From: Callorhinchus milii
Taxonomy: Eukaryota
Assembly: GCF_018977255.1 (NCBI RefSeq)
Contig: NW_024704742.1
Location: forward strand, 12,774,001 to 12,838,000
DNA: 64,000 bases
Direction: 5' to 3'
Below, piece after piece: positions 1 through 13,070 of this stretch (the stretch's first letter is position 1; every line of letters begins with the position of its first letter). The notes under the pieces were generated by a model. It was given only the letters and a program-made list of their open reading frames with translations, was not told where the DNA came from and made no database searches. A program made the translations under genes and the position numbers.

Positions 1-24
1 AAACGTAACTGGAGCAAAAATGGG

Positions 25-330
25 TCAAGGGAGAGATTTTTTGAGAAGTGGGTGGTGACAACAGTTTTGAGAGAGATGGGAATTGTACCAGTGTACAAGG
101 AGCAGTTCACAATAACCGTTAAAATGGGCAAAGAGGTGAAGCTGGGAGGTCAGGAGATGAGTAGGGATGCGGTTAAGGCAGCATGTTATGAGTTTCATGA
201 AGGAGGAAAGGAGGAAAGAAAGAATGAAGAAAAGATTGAAACTATGGAAGGAGGAGTGGATGGAGGCTAGAAGGGAAAGAGGAGGGGGAGGGAGTAAGGG
301 GTAGCACGACGAATGCTCACGAGTTTGGAC
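25..330 (-). mobile_element. Degenerate L2-clade LINE ORF2 fragment
   Basis: Minus-strand translations IPTHLL and PLLKK resemble the pre-RT region of L2 elements (PLLKK-like also near 10315). Confidence 0.5.
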
Positions 331-550
331 CCAGGGAAGTCCATCATCTCCTTGCTTTTGGAGGAGCCAAAACTTATACATAAATAGTGGCCACTTGGGC
401 AAGTTACCAGAGAGGTTTCTGTGGACTATAGCGAATAGGAAGAAATATAGAAGTTAAACCCACTTCAGAAGAGAGGAGAATAACATAGGTCTGTTACGTT
501 GCTAAATTCTCAGGGGAGTAAATGAACTGTCTTGAACAGTTTGTACTTAC

Positions 551-653
551 AGATCCTTCAGAACAGCTGATGACTTGTTGGAAAGAATTGCTGTAATCAC
601 AGCAGAGTACCTCTTCTTTGTGAGACACTGATTTGCTGTCACGCAGCTCCTTT
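551..653 (-). pseudogene. WDR95-like remnant exon g (103 nt)
   Basis: ttttatatgcag|A AAG GAG...GGA TCT|gtaagt; KELRDSKSVSHKEEVLCCDYSNSFQQVISCSEGS (SH start of a WD blade). Confidence 0.8.
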
Positions 654-765
654 CTGCATATAAAAGAAAATATCTAGTAAGCGATGGTGTCATCAGTTAA
701 CATTACCCACCTCCTGACAAGTGCCACAGCGAGAGAAGAGTCCCACCCGCTGTCCTGGTCTAACT

Positions 766-1069
766 ATAATAATCCTTGCATTTGATGTAGCGCTTTTCAC
801 GTCTTCTAGACGTCCCAAAGCGCTTCACAGAATATACTGTAAAGTGAATTGACTGTATATTTGTGGGCGAACGCGGCAGCCAATTGCGCACAGCAGTATC
901 CCACAAAGTCGTTGATTGAAAATGACCAATTTATTATTGTTTTTGGTTTTTGAGGGATTATTATTAGGCGTGTGGAGTAAGGAAACTTGCCCAAGGTTTC
1001 GCCCTGCCTGGAATTGAACTCAGGTCTCTCGCTTGCAAGGCGAGTGCTCTAACCACTGAGCTACAAATC
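766..1069 (-). mobile_element. tRNA-derived SINE, full length
   Basis: Minus strand: GTAGCTCAGTGG A box, CTCGC-cttgcaa-GCGAG anticodon arm (TGC, Ala-like), GAGTTCAATTCC B box, tail aaatgcaaggattattat; many copies in the window. Confidence 0.85.
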
Positions 1070-1362
1070 ACTGGCGCAAATCAGTACTTTAAGTAATGAG
1101 CTGTAATAATAATTAGTTGCATTTGATCTCATTTGTAACATCTTAAAATGCTTCACACAATGAGTTACTTTGAATTCAGTGATTCTCGGTGTATGTCTCT
1201 CTCCTTCTCTGCCAATGCCTCTCTTAATAGTTACACATTTGATTATATTTGCTGTGCAATGTATCTCAGTTAAATCTAGTTATGTATTTATGTGTTTGAT
1301 TTTGTGACACTGTGAAAGATGTTGCTATCCGTGCTCTCCATTCGAGATATTTTCTTACTTAC

Positions 1363-1507
1363 CTGTCAGTGAGCTGTAGTAGAACCAGGGAATTTGTTGC
1401 AATGCACTCAGATCTTCAGAATGATAACAGGCAGACAGTTCTCCTCTGAGCTGAATAGTTTTAGGGTTTATGGTAGTGAGACATGTCTGATCTTCAATAT
1501 CCCATAC
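1363..1507 (-). pseudogene. WDR95-like remnant exon f (145 nt, frameshifted)
   Basis: atgttttag|GTA TGG GAT ATT...GAC AG|gtaagt; VWDIEDQTCL WD motif; 3n+2 nt are needed but the exon is 145 nt. Confidence 0.8.
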
Positions 1508-3695
1508 CTAAAACATATACATTAATGTGAGATAAAGTGAGAACATTGCTGAGAAATGATATCTGTGATGGGATAATGCATAATCATGAGTCAGCATATA
1601 TATATATATATAAAACGTGTGTGGATATACAATGTATGTGTGTATGCATATATGATACAGATATGACCAAATGTGTATCAGGAGAAATTCCAAGAGAAAT
1701 CCAAAACTCTGAATTTGGCTCCAATCTGAGGACAATCAAGGCATCTGAACACATGAATCACACTGTACTCTGCCCTGGATGCAGCTCTCAGCAGACTGAA
1801 CCATCTAGACAAAAATAACTTGTCACTCCAGCAGACGGATCACAATGACTTAATAATTCCGCCTTTAACTGCAAAAAATAATGCAAAAAGATAACACTGA
1901 TTGGGTGTTATAGGATTCATACACTTTGTATAGAAAATAAGCCCGCACCCCCCACCTGTAGTTTATACAGCAGGGAGTTCTCGCAGGGTCCTGGCTAATA
2001 TTTCTCCCTCATCCAGATTAAAAAAAGATTAAGTGGGCAATCATCTTATCGGTGTTGATGGGGCATTGCTGAATAACGCACTAGTATAGAAGTCTGCAGG
2101 CCGTATATTTTCCAGCAACAGGCTCCAGGAGCCAATCACCCCAATCCTCATCTGTCTTTGTTAGCTCCCCAGCCCCCAGAGGATCAAGTTCAAGATACTC
2201 GTTCCCACTGCTGGCAAATTAAAGTGACTGGTGGCAGTCTGAAGATCTAAACATGTACATAGCCTGCAGGTTGAAGTGCACCTCTCCCTGTGCTAAGCAT
2301 GGCCCACTTTGTCTGTGCTGACAGATACTCTTTCATGCCAAACATACTCTTTGCCAAGTTTTTCCTCTGTCTCATTATCTTCATAAGGATGGGCTTTGCT
2401 GGTAACAATGTGGTGCAGAGCACACAGTATTTAGTGTGTTGCTAGAGCATGAATAATGTATCCTGTTGCTATGAAAACAAACACTGTGTAAGGTGTGGCT
2501 AAAATAACACTTCCTTGCCTTCCACATCATCAGCAAAGAGACACTTAATGTTGCAGTTATCCAGCTGCCTATGGATTAGAAGACTCTTGTTCCTCTGCCT
2601 ATACAGTAAACAGATTCACTGTTCACAAATATATCCCAGACCATCACCTATTCAATGCTATTTTATAACCAACCAGAATCATGTATTCCTGTGAGTTTCC
2701 CTCAAATTGTAATCCCTCTTGCCCGGGAAGGTTATGTATGCTCACCCGTATCTCATCCAAATGACCTGTCTCATACTGTCCGTGTAATGCTGTAGTCAGG
2801 CTGGTTTCAGATACCCCAAGACAGTGGGACAAGGGGACATACGCCAGTGATGTGAAGAGAAAGTAAATATTTATTTACACTGATGGTAAATTTTAATTTT
2901 GAGGAAGGGAGATTGAGGCCAGGACACTGGACCAATTTAAGAAACAACGTGATGCTGTAATGGGAAGAGGATATGTTGGGTATTTAGAAAGAGGAGATCA
3001 AATAGGCTGAAGGGCCTTCTTCATGTGAACATCACTTGTGTATAATCGTGTGACATGTGAAGCTAGAAAGTATCAGCAGGCTATTTAACAAGGAGGGTAA
3101 ATCACTGGCAATTGTATTCTTCATGTCACATTCATAACTGTGCACTTTCCAGCGAGGTTCACTGAACAGTGATCAGGAATAGAAATCCTAGTTGATTTTT
3201 CCCTCTGTCAGAAACCCTGAGACCAATTGTAGAGCTCATATTGCTAAGATGAGATAACAGCATGACGTGGGCTTCCTTTTCCATCTGTATGCCTAGCTGA
3301 ATCTTTCACCTTCAAATCTCTCCAGTCTCGCCCCACACTATCTCTGTGCTTCCTCAAACCCTACTGAGCCTGCTTAGGACCCCGATTCTAACCCTACAAT
3401 CTGCTTTTGCAAAAGAGCTAATATACCCTAACTCCTGGGCAAAAAGTCACTATGTTAAAGTGTTTAAATACTGCTTTGGGCATCTTCGAAGAGCACAGAA
3501 AGATTGGGTCCATGTATGAAGGAAACCTGCTGAAGAATTTTGGGAGAATAAGCAAATCCTGATGCACTGCAATAACAGAAACTGTAAAAGTTGGTAAACT
3601 ATACACTGAGGTTCAACATGCAGTATTTTTTAATAGATTTCCATAGTAAAGTCTCATGTTAGATTCCCCATTGACCTCCATGGAAATTACACCCC

Positions 3696-3800
3696 AGACA
3701 AATATACAGTCAATTCACTTTACAGGTGTTCTGTGAAGCACTTTGGGATGTCCTCCCGACATGAAAAGCGCTATATCAAATGCAAGGATTATTATTATTA
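3696..3800 (+). mobile_element. SINE 3' fragment
   Basis: cagtcaattcactttacag...gcgctatatcaaatgcaaggattattatt. Confidence 0.75.
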
Positions 3801-5004
3801 ATGTCAGAGTGGTGTTCCAACAGGTCAATGTAACGCACTTCATGTTAGCAGACTGGATGATTCTGATTCTTTATTAAGAAATCCCATTAAGAAACACCAC
3901 AGCATTAAGATCTCACTGTCTCAGAACAACAACAAAATTACATTTACATAGCGCCTTTCATGTCGGGAGACATCCCAAGGTGCTGAACAATCAATGTTTT
4001 GGACCCGAGTTGGGGTCGAGATCGGGGAGGGTGAAGCAAGGAAACAGTTACCCCCCCACAGAAGAATTCAATTCCTGCCTGATCAATGAAACATATGCTA
4101 TATGTTAACTATTTATACTATAGTGCACAGGATTGAGCTGAAGAAGTAATGTCCAGAAGTTCTCAGTTTAAAGTATTGTGGACTAAATAGCTGTTTAATC
4201 CAGAAAGCTATACTGAAACGGAATGGGTGTCAGAGCTTCAGAGAGCCCAATGATGTGAGGAAGTAGGTGCCTTGGTGCATTTATCAGACTGTCAGAAGGT
4301 GCTTCCTGGTTTTGGTTAAAACTCTCAGAATATTCCAGAAAAAAATTAAAAATGCTTTAGCATGCTGCCCTCCTCTGGCAATTCTGCAGCAGCCAATAGC
4401 ATCTGGGTCCTACACAAAATGAAGCCTTCTTTTGTGCTGTAAATTTCTATTATTCTACGGTTCTAAGTACTTTTTGCGCAAAAGCGTTTAGCAATGATAT
4501 AAATCATGTCAAAACGGACCATTTCATCACCGAAAAGATGATACCTTGCTTTCATGTGTTACTATGATAGTAGGCTGTGTGCACTGCCACAGGAGGGCAC
4601 CAGGCTCAGCATCTCTGATACTGTCCAGATTATTTTAATAATCTCAGTCAAAAATAGGTGAACCTTCTGGCAACACTTTAGAAAATACAGCAATACCCAT
4701 TGCCTTACATCATCAGACTTTAGGCTCTGAAACATGGTTAGTCTACCTCTTCTCTCACCGAACAATCACAGCACACCCCCAACCCCCCATGTATGGCAAA
4801 AGCAGGAAGTAATTAAATGATTGGCAATCATAAATCCATAGAAATGTCAGCATAGAAGGTCATTCATAGCTGTGCTTCTGCTAGTTCTACACTGGATTTA
4901 TCAACTCTAAATAGTCCTATTTACCCACACTTTCCTTATACCTGTGAATATCGTAATTCTTTAACTGATAATCTAATTTCATGTTTAAGTTGTGTAAAAG
5001 CCGT

Positions 5005-5530
5005 TTAGAATCATAGAAATTACAGCACAGGAAAAGACCATTCATTCCATCGTATATGTGCTGGCTCTTTTAACAACAAACCTTTCAGTCCTTTTTTACC
5101 TACCTTTTCCTGAATACCTGCAAATGTATTCTTTTTTAGATATCTATCTGGTTCCCTTTTTAAAATCAATATGGATTCTGCCTCAGGGCCAAATGCTGGC
5201 AGGGCATTCAATATCCTCACTACTCTGTGTGTGAAAAAAATTCTCCTAGCCTCCACATTTGCTCATTTACTAACTATCTTAAGTTGATGCATAGAATCAC
5301 TGACTCACCAACCAGTGGAAATAATTTCTCTCTATTGACTACTAAAATCTCTGATAATTTTAAAGACCTCTGTCTAGTCACCCCTCAACCTTCTTTGTTC
5401 CAGCTGAAAAAGTCTCAGTGACTCCAGTCTGTGCTCATAGAGAAAACCACTCATCCCTAGTATCATCCTAGTACATCTTCTCTGCATCCTTCTATTGCCT
5501 TGATATTCTTCTTAATGTGGGGTGACACAC
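5005..5530 (-). mobile_element. CR1 LINE 3' fragment
   Basis: ORF 5020..5256 RRIFFTHRVVRILNALP; short repeated ttctatga-type tail. Confidence 0.75.
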
Positions 5531-5983
5531 TTTAGTTGTAGTAACAGGTTGTACATCCTAATAGCCCTTTGTGTAAAATCAATTCCTTCTTTCCTCTCCT
5601 TTATAGTATGAGCAATAATCTCTTGTTATGGCCATTCATAGAAATAAATATTTGCACTTTACCCTCCTGTGAGACATTGTGTGCTCAAATTGGCTGACAC
5701 TTAACTTTACAAAAATTCTGTGAAGTGCTATGAAACATTTCAACATGATAAGAAGCAATATCAAATGCAATTATTATTAAAATATTATTAAAATATCTTT
5801 CACAATGATCACTTCTATGAGATCCCCCCTTATTATCTATGCTCCACTGAACACAGCCCCAAGTTTTATTAAGCCATTCATCATAACTATTGTTTCATCC
5901 TAGTGAATATAATTGCACTCTCTTCATAGCTCCTGGGACACAAAAATACTCAGTGAGTCTGTAACTCATTGAATAAATCTTAC

Positions 5984-6053
5984 CAATGACCAATGCCGTG
6001 GAATGGTCATTGGAACTTGAGATAACTGTTCTCATAGGATCAACGTATTTAAT
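5984..6053 (-). pseudogene. WDR95-like remnant exon e (70 nt)
   Basis: gtcttgcag|ATT AAA TAC...GTC ATT G|gtaaga; IKYVDPMRTVISSSNDHSTALVI(G). Confidence 0.8.
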
Positions 6054-6154
6054 CTGCAAGACATCATATAGATAAACTATAGTAAATAAGTGACAGATTT
6101 TTCAATATTAAAGGTATTACAAAGTCTCTCCAAGGTACCCAAATATATTTCTAC

Positions 6155-6271
6155 CTCTGTCAACCAGTCATTGTGAACTTCCAACGGATGGAGGAGAGGT
6201 TACCAGTGTTGATGATTTTCTCAATGCTAATGGTTGGAATTCCATCCAATACTGGACACTTTGTCCAGCTC
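6155..6271 (-). pseudogene. WDR95-like remnant exon d (117 nt, frameshifted)
   Basis: ttatctgcag|G AGC TGG ACA...ACA GAG|gtagaa; the flanking phases require 3n+1 nt but the exon is 117 nt; the IRW.VHNDW motif is split across two frames. Confidence 0.8.
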
Positions 6272-6859
6272 CTGCAGATAAATGATGTCAAACGAATGAT
6301 TTGTTGAAGTAGCATTACAGAAACATTAGTTACACTTCTGAGAAATATAGGTAGAAATCAGGTTGAACATTAGTGGAGATGTTATGATGAAGAGAACTCT
6401 TTGGCCTATTTGATCTCATTTAATACAGGGACATTTTGTTAATTGGATACTCAGTTTAACAGGGAAAATGATTCAATAAACCAAACTATTCATATAACTG
6501 GACTAAACATCAAAATAGCCTCACATCCTGGAGCTCGCGCTGCACCTGAAACGCTCTCCTCCACCCATCAGACTCACTCCATCAGACTCATCCTCACTCG
6601 CACGTGGCCAACTGACCAATCGTCAATGACCTCCATGGGGAGTGAAGCGAGGGGAGGTGGAAGAAGAGTGAGGCAAAGGGAGGGGGAAGAAGAGTGAGGG
6701 GAGGGGGAAAAAGGACACCGATGATGCCGAGGACACTGTACATGGCACGAAGCCAGGAAGGTTATTAGAGAAATGAAGCGGGATCAATGGGTTGCATCAC
6801 TACAAAAGAGGGCACGACTAAACAAGAACAATCCTAAATCTTTCTTCTGTCGTCAGTTA

Positions 6860-7700
6860 TGGTCAGAGGGGATCCCTCTGGACTCGTGCCTGTGTTGGAC
6901 AAGACACATCAATGTATCATTGAGTAATTAGGGGAGCATTATGCAAAGTTGGCATCTGACCCAACAGACCACTGTAGAGATCCAGTTGTGCAGGATTGCT
7001 GTTCTCTGTTTGCAGACAACATTGTGCTGCTGGTGGACTCACCTAGGGAACCTCTGAGCTGCACTCGCCATATTGAACACTGCCCAACCACTGGGACAAG
7101 GTGATGGATGCCCCCAAGTGCAGAATCAGGGTTCTGCACAGCTTCAAGTAAAGCCATTGAGAGTATTGATTGGAAGATACAAGTACCAATCCCAATTATT
7201 GATTCTTATTGGTACCCATTGTGATGGACACCAACTTCTGCCTGGATACTGTCCTGACGGACCACGCTCATCTCTCTTCAAGGACATCAAGGTCCCAATG
7301 TAGGTCAAGATCTGTGACCTAACACTGTAAGTCCTGTGTGCAAACAATCCTCCTTCACAGATCTGAGCTCCTGGGAATGCAACAGAGGATGCAACATCCA
7401 TCCCAGGTTCCTCCGGCCTATTTTCAAAGTCCAGGATCAAGCAGTGAGGTACATTTGTGGCAAACACGAGAAGCGGATGCAGGGAGGGAGGGCTGTGGCC
7501 TTCACTCATCTGTCGCTAAGCACCCTGGATGTGGAGATGGCTTCATGGTGGGCACATCTATTTGCCAAGGCCCCTCACATGAGGACCTGGGTTAAGCAGT
7601 GGTGCTGAATAAGCCTGGTATGCGGCATTGGATTTGGACCTCGAGAACATCGAGATGGCTGCCCTATCACAAGCTGTCCTGTAAATGTCCTCCCACCATG
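6860..7700 (+). mobile_element. Degenerate non-LTR retrotransposon RT fragment, probably RTE clade
   Basis: SLFADNIVLL (RT FADD-like motif) near 7005; CKSCVQTILLHRSE and RFLRPIF resemble RTE C-terminal motifs; many disruptions. Confidence 0.5.
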
Positions 7701-8194
7701 CTGAAGGCAGATGTCTGTCAGATTGCTGATGAGGAAATTTGGAGGCTTGGAGCGACAGTGAATATGAAGTGAATGTGTAACAGTGAATGGACTAGGAGTC
7801 TCAAACAATCTAGCTCATGAAAGGGTCCTTACAACAATTAAGAGAAAAATGGTAAGATTTGACACCATTTTCACTATAAGATAAATGACAAAATAATTTC
7901 TATTGTCAGTGAATTAACATAAACATATAGTATGTTAAAGACAAAAGGGTTGGTATCTTTCCTGGTCACTTTGCATTATCTCAAGAGCTTTCTAAATAGC
8001 TCAGTGAGTAAATGTTCTGAGCCTCAGAGTGTAGAAGTATGAGCTATACAGATTAGGAAAGCCTGGAAGATCTCAAGTTCCACCCTTGTTCTGCACTGAA
8101 CAAGCTGAGCTCAGTGGTGAGCACGAGGAACAGAAAAACAAATTACTATCTGCTTACCTCTAGTCATAGCTGTAATACATGATAATGATCAGTG

Positions 8195-9810
8195 CTCACC
8201 AAAAATAGAGGGGAGCCAAGAAGCTAATGTTAGTGAGCAATTTAGGGAAATTAACATCAGTAAAGAATTAATACTAGGGAAACTGTTGGGATTGAAAAAT
8301 GACAAATCCCCTGGACCTGATGGCCTGCATCCTAGGATTTTAAAAGAGGTGGGGGCTGAGATAGTGGATGCCTTGTTTTTGATGTTCTCTGGATTCTGGA
8401 ACGATTCCCATTGATTGGAAGATCGCAAACGTAACTCCAAGATTGTAGAAGTGTGGGAGAGAGAAGATGGGGAACTATAGACCAGACAGTCTGACATCCG
8501 TGGTAGGGAGAATTCTAGAATCCTTAATTAGGGACGTTGTAGCGGGGTACTTAGAAGACCATAACATGATTAGGCAGAGAAGTCATGCTTAACAAATCTT
8601 TTAGAGTTCTTTGAGGATGTAACTATCAGGTTAGATGGGGGCGGGGGGGGGGACCAGTAGATGTAGTGTATTTAGATTTTCAGAAGGCATTCAACAAGGT
8701 GCCACATAAAAGGCTGCTACACAAGATTAGGGCCCATGGTATTAAAGGCAATATATTAACATGGATCGAAGAGTGACTAATGAGAAGAAAACAGAGCGTA
8801 GGGATAAACGGGTCCTTCTCAGATTGGCAAGATGTGACTAGTGGAGTGCCTCAAGGATCAGTGCTTGGGCCTCAACTATTTACAATCTATATCAATAATC
8901 TAGACGAGGCCATTGAACTTAAAATATCTAAATTCGCAGATGATACTAAGCTAGGTGGGAGAGTAAGCTCTGAGGATGACACAAAAAGATTGCAAAGGGA
9001 TAGATAGCTAGGTGTGTGGGCAAGAAGGTGGCAGATGGAATATAATGTGGGGAAGTGTGAAGTTATTCACCTAGGTAGTAAAAACAGAAAAGCAGATTAT
9101 TTTCTAGAGGGGGAGAGATTAGATAGTGTTAGTGTTCAGAGGGATTTGGGTGTCCTTGTATACCAGTCACAAAAAGTTACTATGCAGGTACAGCAAGCAA
9201 CTAGGAAGGCTAATGGCATGTTGGCGTTTATTGCAAAAGGGTTAGAATACAAGAGTAGGGAAGTCTTGGTGCAACTGTATAGGGCCTTGGTGAGACTGCA
9301 CCTAGAATATTGTGTGCAGTTTTGGTCTCTTTATTTAAGAAAGAGCATACTCGCCTTAGAAGGGTGCAGTGTAGATTCACTAGGTTGGTTCCTGGGATGA
9401 GGGGGTTGACCTATGAGGATAGGTTGAGTAAACTAGGCCGATATTTTCTAGAATATAGAAGATTAGGGGTGATCTTATAGAAACATAAGATTCTTATGGG
9501 GCTTGATAGAGTGGACAGTGTGAGGCTGTTTCCCCTGGTAAGAGAATCTATAACTAGGGGGTCACAGTCTTAAGATTAAGAGGCAGCCTTTCCGAAAAGA
9601 ATTGAGGAAACACTTCTTCACTCAGAGGGTAGTAAATTTATGGAATTCCCTACCCCAGAAGGCTGTAGATGCTCAGTCCTTGAACATATTCAAGACTGAG
9701 ATTGATGGATTTCTAAAAGATAGAGGGATTAAGGGATATGGGGATAAGGCAGGCAGAAGGTTAGAAGGGCAGTCTCGAGGGCTGAATGGCCTAACTCCTA
9801 TATTCCTATG
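8195..9810 (+). mobile_element. 5'-truncated CR1 LINE (RT and 3' end), disrupted
   Basis: ORFs 8780..9007 ([19 protein letters not shown]), 9014..9400 and 9602..9811 (FFTQRVVNLWNSLP). Confidence 0.92.
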
Positions 9811-9841
9811 AAAGTAAGCAATAACCCAGTTTGTTCCATAC

Positions 9842-9888
9842 CTGAGGGTTTCTCCCACTAACGATATCAGGAAGATATTGACACACCC
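9842..9888 (-). pseudogene. WDR95-like remnant exon c (47 nt)
   Basis: tttttcacag|GGG TGT GTC...ACC CTC AG|gtatgg; GCVNIFLISLVGETL(R). Confidence 0.8.
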
Positions 9889-9967
9889 CTGTGAAAAACC
9901 GAAAATTCAATTGATATCTTTTACCTTTGGATGCATTTTCCTTTTCTTGCACATTAGTTCACTAAAT

Positions 9968-10279
9968 TAATAATAATAATCCTTGCATTTGACATAGAGC
10001 TTTTCACATCTTCTAAATGTCTCAAGGAGCTTCACAGAATAGATCGTAAAGTGAATTGACTATATATTTGTAGGCGAAATGCAGCAGCCAATTGTGCACA
10101 GCAGTGTCCACAAACAGTCATGGATTGAAATGACCAATTTGTTATTGTTTTTTTTTCTTGAGGGATTATTATCAGGCGTGTGGAATAAGGCAACCTGCCC
10201 AAGGTTTCACCCTGATGGGAATCAAACCCAGGTCTCTCGCTTGCAAAGCGAGTGCTCTAACCACTGAGCTACAGGATTC
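9968..10279 (-). mobile_element. tRNA-derived SINE, full length
   Basis: Colinear with the copy at 766-1069. Confidence 0.85.
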
Positions 10280-10299
10280 TACATTAGTTATTAGTTCAT

Positions 10300-11803
10300 G
10301 CTGTCATCATTCCTATCCTTAAAAAAACCTTCCCTGGACTCTTCTCTACTCCCTAACTACGGCCCCATCTCTAACCGCCCCTTCCTCTCCAAGATCCTGG
10401 AACGAGTTGTTGCTTTTCAGCTTCGCTCCTTCCTCTCCTGCCATTCCCTTCTCGAAGCCCCCCCACACCCCCAATCGGGCTTCTGTGCTGCCCACAGCAC
10501 AGAAACCGCCCTGGTCAAAGTGACAAAATGACATTCTGTCCATCTGCGTACAGGGCTCCCTCTGCCTCCTTGATCTCCCTTCTGCTTTCGACACCGTCGA
10601 CCACTCTATCCTCATCCACCGCCTCTCCTTTCACCTCAACCTCCACGGCGCTGTCCTTGATTGGTTCAGATCGTACCTCTCACACTACCTGCACTTCATC
10701 TCCTCAAACGGCTTCTCCTGTAGCCCCCGGACCATCTTGTGTGGCGTTCCTCAGGGCTATGTCCTTGGTCCTCAACATTTATATGCTCCCTCTTGGTGAC
10801 ATCATCCGCAGACATAGGATCAACTTCCACATGTATGTGGATGACACCCAACTCCCTCTCTGCCTCCACCCTTGACTCCAAGACCACTGCTGTGCTGACA
10901 GAATGTCTGTCAGGCATCAAGTCCTGGATGAGAGCTAACTTTCTTCAGTTGAACGTCAACAAGACCGAGGCTCTCCTGTTTAGCTCCCGTCAGCGCCTCC
11001 TCACCTCAGGCGCTGACAGCATCACCATCCATGGTTGCACACTGCACCTTGCTAAGCCAGTCCGGAACCTTGGGGTTTTGTTCGACCCTCAACCATCCTT
11101 TCTACCCCAAATCTGCACCATGACCTGCTCTGCCTTCCCCCACCTCCGCAACATCACCCGGCTCCAACACTGTCTCACACCACAGGCCACCAAAACCCAT
11201 AAGGAAATACACCTTCATTACATCGAGGCTCGACTATGCAAACTCACTGCTTGTCGCCCTCCCCAACTCCTCCCTCCATAGGCTGCAGATTATCCAGAAC
11301 TCTGCAGCCCGTGTCCTCTCCCGCACTAGGCTCCGCGACCCTATCACCCCTATCCTTGCCCAACTCCACTGGCTTCCCATCACACAGAGGATACAGTTCA
11401 AGATCCTGGTCCTCATCTTCAAAGTCCTTCATAGTCTTGCCCTACCTCTCCGACCTCCTAACCCTCTACCATCCTGTTTGCTTCCTCCATTCAACAGGCT
11501 CCAGTCTGCTTCACGTCCCCCGCCTTGCTCGCCCCACTATTGGTGGGTGGGTCTTCTGCCACTCTGCACCCACCCTCTGGAATTCCATCCCACAGTCCCT
11601 CCATCTCGCCCCCTCCCTCGCCACCTTCAAGACCCACCTCAAGACCCTCCTCTTCAACCGTGCTTTCGATCTCCCTGCTTCCCCCCTGCCCTCCCCCCAC
11701 CCCGACCCTCAGCTCGGGTCCGAAACTCTGTCTGTCCAATGCCTTGGGACGTCCTCCCAACATGAAAGGCGCTATACAAATGTAATTTTGCTTTTGTTGT
11801 TGT
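10300..11803 (+). mobile_element. 5'-truncated L2 LINE (RT and 3' tail), disrupted
   Basis: [46 protein letters not shown]; tail ggcgctatacaaatgtaattttgc(ttg)n. Confidence 0.92.
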
Positions 11804-12671
11804 AAAGTCAATATTCCACAATTGTGGGACTCAAAGACAGTTCAGGAGGTGACAGTAGCTAGCGTACTGAGAATTGCATTGAGGGAGTTGTACAAAAGGT
11901 TGACAGAGGAGGACTTTGCTATATGGTTTTTAGTTGAGGAGGACAGTAAGATGACCTCTCAGGTCTTTGAATGTGGGACAGACCCAAAAAAGAAGCTCAG
12001 CACATTGAACCAATGAAAAAGGAATGTTTTCAGTCTCAAAAGTCTAGCTTCAAAAGTTCCAGTTTCAAAAGTTTACATCAGCTTTATTTAAGAAAACAAA
12101 TCACAGCTTGATCTACTGAGAAATTGGTGTGAAAGAGGTATTCATAACCATAACCACTTCCACAAGGCTGCATCTTTCATCAGCTCCTGCAAAAAGTAAT
12201 TCATCCAAATAAAATATTTTTCATAAACAGTGTTAAACACACGTGGATATCAAATGAAAATTTGATGTGGCTGGGTTATAACTAAATAGCTTTGTGACAC
12301 TCTTTGTCCTGGGGTGACAGGCTGACATGTTTACAAAGACCATTTGAGCCAGGTATTGGAGTATCTATCACTGGTGCTCTGCTGCTCTAACTCAATGTGA
12401 AACAGAACAGCACCTCAAGAGAAGAAAATTGGAGAAGAAAGGGGAAATTGTAAAAAAAGGCATTTAAAGAAAAAATAGTTGCACATTGCATACACATTCT
12501 GAACATGACCAGTTAAACGACTATAATTACAAATTACCGATCATAACTGCATAGTTAGAGTTTTACAGTAAATCCTGTGAAGTGCTTTGAGACGTGAAAG
12601 GTGCTGTATTACATGCAAAGATTATTTTTACTACCAAAAATACAGTAAACCAAATATTGAGTTTATCATAT

Positions 12672-12717
12672 CTGTTCATCACCAAACAGGATTACACACT
12701 CATCATTTTCTGTGGAA
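12672..12717 (-). pseudogene. WDR95-like remnant exon b (46 nt) with non-canonical AT donor
   Basis: ttctctcctttag|T TCC ACA...GAT GAA CAG|atatga; phase fits exons a and c; STENDECVILFGDEQ. Confidence 0.75.
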
Positions 12718-12753
12718 CTAAAGGAGAGAAGGATTAAAGAAGGACTGAGTCAA

Positions 12754-13070
12754 TCAACAACAACAAGATTACATTTGTATAGCGCCTCTCATGTCGCCTC
12801 TCATGTCGGGAGGACGTCCCAAGGTGTGTACAGCATTTCAGACCCGAGCTGGGGTCAGTGGGTGAGAAGGGAGGGAATGGGGGTGACCGATGGCATGGTC
12901 GAAGAGGAGGGTCTTGAGGTGGGACTTGAAGGAGGCTAAAGAGGGGGCGAAGCGGAGTGATTGGGGGATGGAATTCCAGAGGTAGGGGGCAGATTGGCTG
13001 AAGGCTCTCCCACCAATGGGGGGGGGGCGGGTGGGTTGGGGGACGTGGAGCAGACCGGAGCTGATGTACA
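12754..13070 (-). mobile_element. L2 LINE 3' end
   Basis: (caa)n tail; GGRAFSQSAPYLWNSIP...FKSHLKTLLF. Confidence 0.85.

Noticed and set aside
1000..1069. tRNA-Ala-like cloverleaf (also at ~10210-10279, 20910-20975, 48990-49070)
   Set aside because: SINE heads: imperfect acceptor and T stems, and continuity with the SINE body and tail.
1690..1805. Possible extra WD exon (..SDALIVLRLE..)
   Set aside because: Contains stops, and the homologous segment is better explained by exon 1363-1507.
3425..3570. Possible decayed WD exon (PIFLCSS)
   Set aside because: Similarity too short to support by eye.
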